Assembly (NCBI RefSeq): GCF_000478275.1
Contig: NZ_ASJB01000031.1
Span: 85,850-117,849 of the forward strand
Length of the DNA: 32,000 bases
Source of the DNA: Amycolatopsis orientalis DSM 40040 = KCTC 9412
Lineage (GTDB): Bacteria > Actinomycetota > Actinomycetes > Mycobacteriales > Pseudonocardiaceae
Direction: 5' to 3'
Part shown: positions 25,404-32,000 of the stretch, in pieces
How positions within the stretch are numbered: position 1 is the stretch's first letter
Layout: every line of letters begins with the position of its first letter
Translations under genes and position numbers: made by a program
Notes under the pieces: generated by a model
What the model was told of the DNA's origin: nothing
The model's database searches: none
What the model saw: only the letters and a program-made list of their open reading frames with translations

Positions 25404-26752
25404 AACTCAGGAAGAGCGTTCCGAAGGTCGGCGGCGGCGGGGTGCACCGGGAGTTCACCGCCGAGCAGACCTACGCGCGGATCGAACCGCATCTGCGGCG
25501 CGCCGGGGTCACCCGGGTCGCGGAGATCACCTGGCTCGACCGGGTCGGCATCCCGGTCTACAACGCCATCGCGCCCCGCTCCAACGACATCATCTCGGTG
25601 TACAACGGCAAGGGCCTGACGAACATGGACGCCAGGACGTCCGCGGCGATGGAGGCGATCGAGCGGTTCTCCGCCGCGCTTCCGGTGCGGCCGCAGGTCA
25701 TCGCGTCCTACGAGGAGCTGGTCGCCGAAGGCCGCACGGTGCTGGACCCTCGCGAGAACAACGCGGAGCTTTCCGCGCACTACCGCGACGATCTCCCGAT
25801 CTCGTGGGTCGAGGCGTACGACCTGATCAACGAAGAGTCCATCCTGATCCCGCAGGCCTCCGCCGTCTACGGGCTGAAGTTCCACGAACCTCCCTGCTAC
25901 AAGGTGCTTTCCACCAACGGGCTGGCGTCGGGCAACAGTCTCGAAGAGGCCATCTGCCACGCGCTCACCGAACTCATCGAACGCGATTCGATGACCAACG
26001 CCGAACTCGTGAGCAGCCAGCTCGCGCAGGTGCTGGAGAAGGGCATCTTCGTCGATCCGCAGCCCGAGCACATCACTTCCCACCTGCGGGAACTGCATCC
26101 GCACGTCGACCTGGACTCGCTGCCACCGCTGGCGAAATCCCTCGTGGACAAGTTCCACGACGCCGGGCTGAAGATGCGGATCGTGCACATCACCTCGGAT
26201 CTGGAGATCCCGAGTTTCCTCGCCGCCACCTCCGAAGACCTCGGCCCGACGACGTCGCAGGGCCACGGCGGGTTCGGCACGCATCCCGACGCGAACGTCG
26301 CGCTCATCCGCGCCATCACCGAATGCGCGCAGGGCCGCGCGGTGGACATCCAGGCGATGCGCGAGGACATCCGGCTCCCGACCGAGAACGTGTCCAAGTA
26401 CCAGAACCACGTCCAGCGGTCGGCGACCATCGACAAGGGCGCGTGGGCCTGGCAGCCGATGCGCAAACAGGTCGCGTTCGCCGACATCCCGTCGTGGACC
26501 ACCGACGACGTGATGACCGACATCAAGCTCATCCTGGACCGGATCCGCGCCGCCGGTATCGAACGCGCGCTCGCCGTCGACCTCTCCCCGCCGGGGATCC
26601 CGGTCAGCGTGGTCCGGGTGATCGTGCCGCGGCTCGAATCGTGGGCCGTCGACCACTGCAAGATCGGCCCGCGAGGGGCGACGGTCTGGAACAACGCGCT
26701 GGTCGAGTTGTCGGCCCGTAAGCGCGCCGCCGAACTTTCCAAGCCCGCCTAG
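25400..26752 (+). CDS. YcaO-domain protein (ATP-dependent backbone amide activation)
   Basis: GIPVYNAI, SVYNGKG, STNGLASGNSLEEAICHALTELIERD and GGFGTHPDANVALIRAITECAQ are YcaO hallmarks. ATG 25400 overlaps the upstream TGA (ATGA). Confidence 0.9.
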   Translation: MKLRKSVPKVGGGGVHREFTAEQTYARIEPHLRRAGVTRVAEITWLDRVGIPVYNAIAPRSNDIISVYNGKGLTNMDARTSAAMEAIERFSAALPVRPQVIASYEELVAEGRTVLDPRENNAELSAHYRDDLPISWVEAYDLINEESILIPQASAVYGLKFHEPPCYKVLSTNGLASGNSLEEAICHALTELIERDSMTNAELVSSQLAQVLEKGIFVDPQPEHITSHLRELHPHVDLDSLPPLAKSLVDKFHDAGLKMRIVHITSDLEIPSFLAATSEDLGPTTSQGHGGFGTHPDANVALIRAITECAQGRAVDIQAMREDIRLPTENVSKYQNHVQRSATIDKGAWAWQPMRKQVAFADIPSWTTDDVMTDIKLILDRIRAAGIERALAVDLSPPGIPVSVVRVIVPRLESWAVDHCKIGPRGATVWNNALVELSARKRAAELSKPA

Positions 26753-26762
26753 GAGATCTCTC

Positions 26763-27458
26763 ATGCGCGCAGTGGTTTTCATCGGCCCGAGCATCGACCG
26801 GGAAGCGGCGTCCGCCGAACTCGACGTCGAGTTCCTGCCGCCGGTCAAACGCGGCGACCTCGCCGAACTGCTGGCCCGGCCGGAGCCGCCGGAGGCCATC
26901 GGCATCGTGGACGGCCGGTTCCTGCAGAGCCTGTGCATCTCGCCGAAGGAGGTGCTCGAAGCGATGGACCGCGGCGTCACGATGTTCGGTTCGTCGAGTA
27001 TGGGTGCCTTGCGGGCGGCGGAATGCTCGCCGTTCGGCATGGTCGGCATCGGCAAGATCTACGAGGAGTACTTCTCCGGGCGGATCGACGCCGACGACGA
27101 GGTCGCCGTCACCTACGACGAAGAGAACCTGTCGGCGCTGTCCGAACCGATGGTCAACATGCGGTTCGCCATCGCCGCCGGGATCGAGCAGGGCGCCTTC
27201 GCCCCGGAAACGGGTGAGCGGTTCCTCGAGATCGCGAAGGAGCTGTACTTCCCGCAGCGCGTCAACCGGACCGTGCTCATGTTGCTGCGCAAGGAGATCG
27301 GCGAGGACGAGTACGTCAGGATCGCCGCATTCTTCGCCGGCGGGGCACCCGACACGAAACGCGAGGACGCGCTGCTCCTGCTCGCGGCGATGCGGGAGTT
27401 CCTCGACCCGGCAGGAAAACCGCAGATCAAATCCGTCGAACACCGAGGTGCGCTGTGA
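26763..27458 (+). CDS. TfuA-like protein (YcaO partner for thioamidation)
   Basis: VVFIGPS, PPVKRGDL, IGIVDGRF, SPKEVLEAMDRGVTMFGSSSMGALRAAE and GMVGIGKIY match the TfuA pattern. AGGAG Shine-Dalgarno sequence. It starts 10 nt after the YcaO stop. Confidence 0.9.
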   Translation: MRAVVFIGPSIDREAASAELDVEFLPPVKRGDLAELLARPEPPEAIGIVDGRFLQSLCISPKEVLEAMDRGVTMFGSSSMGALRAAECSPFGMVGIGKIYEEYFSGRIDADDEVAVTYDEENLSALSEPMVNMRFAIAAGIEQGAFAPETGERFLEIAKELYFPQRVNRTVLMLLRKEIGEDEYVRIAAFFAGGAPDTKREDALLLLAAMREFLDPAGKPQIKSVEHRGAL

Positions 27459-27607
27459 CCGACCCCATCGACCCGTCGCTCGCCCCGCTGGCCGGGTTCA
27501 CCCCCGAGCAGCTGGAGCGGTTCCTGGAGGCCGTGCGGACGTCGTCCGACGGCGTCCAGGGCACGCTGGAATCCCTGACCATGACGATCATGACCTCCAT
27601 CGAATGA
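27455..27607 (+). CDS. unannotated 50-aa ORF: candidate RiPP precursor peptide MTDPIDPSLAPLAGFTPEQLERFLEAVRTSSDGVQGTLESLTMTIMTSIE
   Basis: - GTG 27455 overlaps the TfuA TGA (GTGA).
- Its own TGA overlaps the MFS ATG (ATGA at 27604-27607).
- A GAGG sequence lies 5-9 nt upstream.
- 48 of 50 codons end in G/C.
- It is not in the supplied track because it is under 60 aa. Confidence 0.65.
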   Translation: MTDPIDPSLAPLAGFTPEQLERFLEAVRTSSDGVQGTLESLTMTIMTSIE

Positions 27608-28983
27608 CCGCCGCGCCGCTGACGGAGGAGGACGTCATCCCGGCGAAGGCGGGCATCTTCTCCAAGGAGTACCGGGCGAGCACCATCGGCTTCGCGTCGG
27701 TGATGTTCCTCGAAGGGTTCGCCGCGCTGGCGCTGGTCACCACCCTGCCGGTGGCGGTCGGCCAGCTCGACGGGCTCACCGTCTACGCGCTGGCGCTGGG
27801 CGGGTTCGTCACGATGAGCCTGTTCGGCAGCGTGCTGGCGGGCGAGATCGCCGACAAACGCGGTCCCCGGCCGCTGCTGGTGCTCGGGCTGGGCCTGTTC
27901 CTGGCCGGGCTGCTGCTCGCCGGGACCGCGACGACGGTGTGGCAGCTGATCGCCGGACGCTGCGTGCAGGGTTTCGCGAGCAGCGTCGTGGTCGTCGGCC
28001 TCAACGTCACCATCGCGCAGTCGTATCCGTCGAAGCTGCGGCCGAAGGCGCTCTCGCTGATGAGCACCTGCTGGATCGTGCCGTCGATGATCGGCCCGGC
28101 GATCGCCGGGACCGTCACCGAACTGCTGTCGTGGCGCTGGGTGTTCTTCGGCCTCGCCATCCTGGTCTCGGTCGCCGCGCTGATCCCGCTCGGTTTCCTG
28201 CGGCGGCTCAGCCCGGTGGCCGACGCGGAACGGTCGACCCCGCCGGGGCTCGTCCGGGCCGCGGCCATCGTCGCGGTGGCCGCCGGGATCCTGCACTTCG
28301 GCGCCTCGGGGCTGGATCCGGTGCACCTCCTGTTCGGGCTCGCCGGCGTGATCGCGCTGGTGATCAGCGTGCCCCGGCTGCTGCCTGCCGGGACACTGCG
28401 CGCGGTCAGGGGCATTCCCGCGGCGATCCTGTTGCGCGGGCTGGCCTCCGGTATCTATTTCGCGCTGGAGTCCTACATCCCGCTGATGCTGATCAACCAG
28501 CGGCAGATCTCGGTCACCGCCGCCGGGATCTCGTTCACCGGGGCCACGCTGCTGTGGGCGGGCGCGGCGTGGCTGCAGGGCCATCCCTGGTCCGAGGTGC
28601 CCCGGCACAGACTGGTGCTGCTCGGGTCCGCGGTGATCGCCGGGTCCAGCCTGATCGCGATCTTCGGCGTCCTGGGGTTCGCGCCGCCGATGACCGCCAG
28701 CGTCGCGCTGATCGTCGCCGGGTTCGGCATGGGGCTCGTGCTGCCGAGCCTCACCGTGCTCGCGTTCGACCACTGCCCGCCGGAGGACCAGGGCCGCTAC
28801 TCGGCCGCCATGCAGGTCTCCCAGGGGCTCGGCAGCGTCGTGATGATCGGCGCGGCGGGCGCGCTCTTCAACGTCGGTACCGCCGTCGGCTATTCCGGCG
28901 GCCTCGTCTACGGGGTGGTTTTCACCTTCGTGGCACTCATCGCGCTCCCGGCGTGCCTGTTGGCGCTGAGGACCCGCATCTAG
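27604..28983 (+). CDS. MFS transporter (about 12 TM, probable exporter)
   Basis: Multiple hydrophobic helices. LAGEIADKRGPRPLLVLG resembles the MFS loop 2-3 motif G-x-x-x-D-[RK]-x-G-R-[RK]. The in-frame ORF is open from 27004, but protein-like sequence begins at M 27604. Confidence 0.85.
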   Translation: MTAAPLTEEDVIPAKAGIFSKEYRASTIGFASVMFLEGFAALALVTTLPVAVGQLDGLTVYALALGGFVTMSLFGSVLAGEIADKRGPRPLLVLGLGLFLAGLLLAGTATTVWQLIAGRCVQGFASSVVVVGLNVTIAQSYPSKLRPKALSLMSTCWIVPSMIGPAIAGTVTELLSWRWVFFGLAILVSVAALIPLGFLRRLSPVADAERSTPPGLVRAAAIVAVAAGILHFGASGLDPVHLLFGLAGVIALVISVPRLLPAGTLRAVRGIPAAILLRGLASGIYFALESYIPLMLINQRQISVTAAGISFTGATLLWAGAAWLQGHPWSEVPRHRLVLLGSAVIAGSSLIAIFGVLGFAPPMTASVALIVAGFGMGLVLPSLTVLAFDHCPPEDQGRYSAAMQVSQGLGSVVMIGAAGALFNVGTAVGYSGGLVYGVVFTFVALIALPACLLALRTRI

Positions 28984-28992
28984 GAGGCACTC

Positions 28993-30252
28993 GTGCAGAA
29001 GGATCTCGCGGTCATCGGCCTGGGGTACGTGGGGCTGCCGTTGGCCAGGGAAGCCATCCGTGCCGGGCTCACCGTCACGGGGCTGGACCAGAACGAGCGC
29101 GTCGTCGCCGCGCTCAACACCGGACTGTCGCATGTGGACGACATCCCGGACGCCGACGTGGCGACGATGGTGGAGGAGGGATTCACCGCGACCACCGACG
29201 AAGGCGTGCTGGCCTCGGCCGACGTCATCGTCATCTGCGTGCCGACGCCGCTGGCGTCCGACGGCGGACCGGATCTCGGCGCGGTGAAGGCCGCGGCCGA
29301 GGCGGTCAGCCGTCACCTGAAGCCGGGAACGCTGGTGGTACTGGAATCGACCACCTATCCCGGGACCACCGAAGAGGTCGTCGCCCCGATACTGGAGTGG
29401 TCGGGGCTGCGCGCGGGGAAGGACTTCTGCCTGGCGTTCTCGCCGGAGCGGGTCGACCCCGGCAACGCCGTCTACGGCATCCGCAACACCCCGAAGGTCG
29501 TCGGCGGCCTGACGTCGTCGTGCGCCGCCGCGGTGGCGGGATTCTACGGCCGGTTCGTCGACGACGTCGTCCCCGCCAAGGGAACGCGCGAGGCCGAAAT
29601 GGCGAAGCTGCTGGAGAACACCTACCGGCACGTGAACATCGCGCTGGTGAACGAGATGGCGGTGTTCTGCCACGAACTCGGCATCGACCTGTGGGACGTC
29701 ATCTCGTGCGCCGCCACGAAACCCTTCGGTTTCCAGTCGTTCCGGCCGGGTCCGGGTGTCGGCGGGCACTGCATCCCGATCGACCCGAACTACCTGTCGT
29801 ACAAGGTGCGCACGCTCGGCTACCCGTTCCGGTTCGTCGAACTGGCGCAGGAGATCAACTCGCGCATGCCGCGTTACGTCGTCGAACGGGCGCAGGCCAT
29901 GCTCAACGAATCCGGCCGGGCGCTGCGCGGTGCTCGGGTGCTCCTGCTCGGCGTGACCTACAAACCCGACATCGCCGACCAGCGGGAGTCACCCGCGCAA
30001 CCGGTCGCGGCGCGGTTGCGGGCGCTGGGCGCCGACGTCGTCTACCACGATCCGCACGTCACGGACTGGCGCGTGCACGGCGACGCGATCCCGCGCGTGA
30101 CCGACCTGGCCGGGGAACTCGCGTCGGCGGATCTGACGATCCTGCTGCAGAAGCACACCGCCTACGACGTCGACGTCCTCGCCGCCGGCGTGCGCCTGCT
30201 GCTGGACACCAGGGGTGCCGTTCCCCACGACGCTCACGTCGTCGCCCTCTGA
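28993..30252 (+). CDS. nucleotide-sugar dehydrogenase (UDP-glucose/GDP-mannose dehydrogenase family)
   Basis: LAVIGLGYVGLPLA is the N-terminal NAD-binding GxGxxG motif. GPGVGGHCIPIDP carries the catalytic Cys. VTYKPDIADQRESPA is also present. The GTG start has AGGAGG 6 nt upstream. Confidence 0.9.
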   Translation: MQKDLAVIGLGYVGLPLAREAIRAGLTVTGLDQNERVVAALNTGLSHVDDIPDADVATMVEEGFTATTDEGVLASADVIVICVPTPLASDGGPDLGAVKAAAEAVSRHLKPGTLVVLESTTYPGTTEEVVAPILEWSGLRAGKDFCLAFSPERVDPGNAVYGIRNTPKVVGGLTSSCAAAVAGFYGRFVDDVVPAKGTREAEMAKLLENTYRHVNIALVNEMAVFCHELGIDLWDVISCAATKPFGFQSFRPGPGVGGHCIPIDPNYLSYKVRTLGYPFRFVELAQEINSRMPRYVVERAQAMLNESGRALRGARVLLLGVTYKPDIADQRESPAQPVAARLRALGADVVYHDPHVTDWRVHGDAIPRVTDLAGELASADLTILLQKHTAYDVDVLAAGVRLLLDTRGAVPHDAHVVAL

Positions 30253-30258
30253 CACCCT

Positions 30259-30311
30259 CGCGTTCAGTCCTCTGGATGCGGTTTACCCCCGCATTTAGAG
30301 GACTGAACGCG
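30259..30311. terminator. bidirectional terminator hairpin between convergent genes
   Basis: A 15-bp perfect stem pairs cgcgttcagtcctct (30259-30273) with agaggactgaacgcg (30297-30311). There is an inner atgcgg/ccgcat stem. It sits between the stops at 30252 and 30320. Confidence 0.7.
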
Positions 30312-30319
30312 TATCGGGT

Positions 30320-32000
30320 CTAGAGCACCAGCCGGACGCGGTAGGCCCTGAGCCAGTCGTTGAGCTGCAGGGTGGTCTCCAGCGCGGGCCGGGTCAGCCG
30401 TCCCGCGGGGAACTCGTCGTTCAGCAGCGGCGAGAGTGGTTCGTCCTTCGCGAGGATCAGCTTCCGCAGCCGGTCACGCAGGATCCGGTCGTAGGAATCG
30501 TCCTCAATGGACGGATACGGGGTCTTGGCACGGTCCAGCACCTCGGCGGGGAGCAGCTCCTTGCCGACCGCGCGCAACAGGCTCTTCTCCCGGCCGTCGA
30601 AGTTCTTCATCGACCACGGGACGTTGAAGGTGTACTCGACCAGCCGATGGTCGGTGAACGGCACCCGCACCTCCAGCCCGGCGGCCATGCTCATCCGGTC
30701 CTTGCGGTCGAACAGCACCTGCGCGTGCCGGGTCAGCCCGAGGTAGGTGACCTCGCGCATCCGGGCCTCCAGCGGATCCTCACCGGCCACAGTGGACAGT
30801 TCGGCGACGGCGGAGTCATGGCTGTCGCGTTCGTACTCACGCAGCCCGAGTTTCGTCATCAGGTCCGGCGCGAACAGCAGGTCGAGGCCTTCGTGGCGGC
30901 TTCGTCCCGAATGGACCCACGGGAAGGTGCCCGACCAGACCGCCTCGGGATTCCGGTACCAGCGGTAACCACCGAAGACCTCATCGCCGCATTCTCCGGA
31001 CAACGCCACCGTCGACCGCTCCCGGACCAGCCGGAACAGCTCGTGCAGCGACGCGTGTTCGTCACCCTTGGCGATCGGCAGGTCGTACGCGGTCAGCACG
31101 GCCGCTTTCACCGGCGGCGCGAGAAGATCCACGGTGGTGTGCAGGATCTCCTCGTACCGCGCGCCCACGTGGTCCGCGACCAGGCGCGCGTGCACATGGT
31201 CGAGGTTGTCGCCCGGCTGGTCGGTCACCTTGACCGAATAGGACCGGACGTCGGAGGTCCTGGCCGCGAGCGCGGTCAGCGTGCTGGAGTCGAGTCCGCC
31301 CGACAGCAGTGTGCACAGTGGCACGTCCGCGACCAGCTGGCGGGTGACGGTGTCCTCCAGCAGCTCCCGGACCCTGGCGACCGTGGTGGCGAGGTCGTCG
31401 GGATGCTCCCGGACCTCCAGCGACCAGTATTTCCGAAGGTCGAGCCCATCGCGGCGGACTCGCAGCGTATGCCCGGGCGGCAGCTCGCGCATCCCGCGGA
31501 AGACGGCGTGCCCGGGGTTCTTCGCCACCGAGAGCAGATCCCGCAGGCCGTCCGCGTCGAGGACGCGTTCGGCGAGCGGGTTGGCGAGGATCGCCTTCGG
31601 CTCCGAACCGAAGAGGACACCGTCGGCGGTCGGGTAGTAGAAGAGCGGCTTGACGCCCATGCGGTCGCGGACCAGCAGCAGCTCGTCGCCGTCCCAGATC
31701 GCGAACGCGTACATCCCGTTGAGCCGGTCGACGAACGCGTCGCCCCATTCGAGGTAGGCGCGCAGGACGACCTCGGTGTCACTGCGGGTGTCGAACCGAT
31801 GGCCGCGGGCGGTGAGCTCCGCGCGCAGCTCACGGAAGTTGTAGACCTCACCGCTGTAGGTGAGCACGGCCGTACCCGCCGTCATCGGCTGGCGGCCGCC
31901 GTCGAGGTCGATGATGGACAGCCGCCGGTGCCCCAGCGCCGCGTGCGGGGAGAGCCAGATCCCGCCGGCGTCGGGCCCCCGCTTCGCCATGGTGTCCGTC
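30320..32000 (-). CDS. asnB: asparagine synthase (glutamine-hydrolysing), N-terminus beyond the window edge
   Basis: RGPDAGGIW..LGHRRLSIIDL..GRQPM and YNFRELRAEL are Ntn amidotransferase motifs. LLSGGLDSS is the PP-loop. The frame is still open at position 32000. Confidence 0.85.
   Translation of the reverse strand, partial: TDTMAKRGPDAGGIWLSPHAALGHRRLSIIDLDGGRQPMTAGTAVLTYSGEVYNFRELRAELTARGHRFDTRSDTEVVLRAYLEWGDAFVDRLNGMYAFAIWDGDELLLVRDRMGVKPLFYYPTADGVLFGSEPKAILANPLAERVLDADGLRDLLSVAKNPGHAVFRGMRELPPGHTLRVRRDGLDLRKYWSLEVREHPDDLATTVARVRELLEDTVTRQLVADVPLCTLLSGGLDSSTLTALAARTSDVRSYSVKVTDQPGDNLDHVHARLVADHVGARYEEILHTTVDLLAPPVKAAVLTAYDLPIAKGDEHASLHELFRLVRERSTVALSGECGDEVFGGYRWYRNPEAVWSGTFPWVHSGRSRHEGLDLLFAPDLMTKLGLREYERDSHDSAVAELSTVAGEDPLEARMREVTYLGLTRHAQVLFDRKDRMSMAAGLEVRVPFTDHRLVEYTFNVPWSMKNFDGREKSLLRAVGKELLPAEVLDRAKTPYPSIEDDSYDRILRDRLRKLILAKDEPLSPLLNDEFPAGRLTRPALETTLQLNDWLRAYRVRLVL

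Noticed and set aside
24402-30323. Very long ORFs overlapping the YcaO operon: 27427-29769 minus (780 aa), 27939-30323 plus (794 aa), 25274-27055 minus (593 aa), 24955-26721 plus (588 aa) and 24402-25295 minus (297 aa).
   Set aside because: Their translations are Arg/Pro/Gly/Ala low-complexity sequence (for example RRRRAPGVHRRADLRADR). This is typical of off-frame or antisense reading of high-GC genes. Each one fully overlaps a gene with clear family motifs.
1-32000. A search for CRISPR arrays, rRNA or tRNA genes, and tandem repeats.
   Set aside because: No regularly spaced short direct repeats and no structured-RNA gene signatures were seen by eye. The only sizeable repeats are the DUF2637 copies.

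Overview
High-GC (Actinomycetota-type codon usage, GC3-rich) chromosomal window with two very different halves.

**Left half (about 1-22,000): mosaic accessory / defence-island-like region with decayed mobile-element debris.**
- A small helical protein plus an NB-ARC/TPR STAND NTPase. They share a 22-residue motif, an arrangement like the bacterial NLR amyloid-signalling pairs.
- An isochorismatase-family hydrolase.
- An AT-rich gap with a terminator-like hairpin.
- A truncated WD40 gene abutting an IS256-family transposase remnant.
- A complete Gabija system (GajA OLD-type ATPase/TOPRIM plus GajB UvrD-like helicase).
- A convergent pair made of a 283-aa unknown protein and a DUF488 protein.
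- Two direct copies of a DUF2637 gene, one intact and one decayed. They bracket a 4.4-kb cassette with a lower-GC segment, encoding a 451-aa orphan and a Mrr-like nuclease-STAND NTPase.
- A possible serine-recombinase 3' remnant.

**Right half (about 22,100-32,000): native-looking, roughly 70% GC.**
- arsC.
- A tightly translationally coupled seven-gene plus-strand operon: GT-A-like/Rossmann fusion, GT-B glycosyltransferase, YcaO, TfuA, an untracked 50-codon ORF, MFS exporter and nucleotide-sugar dehydrogenase.
- A convergent, partial asparagine synthase.

**Most interesting signal.** The 50-codon ORF at 27455-27607 is absent from the ORF track because it is under 60 aa and starts with GTG. 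It fills the TfuA-MFS gap exactly, with 4-nt start/stop overlaps at both ends. It looks like a precursor peptide for a YcaO/TfuA (thioamide-forming) pathway that also carries sugar-handling enzymes.

All domain calls come from motif reading by eye. No searches were run.
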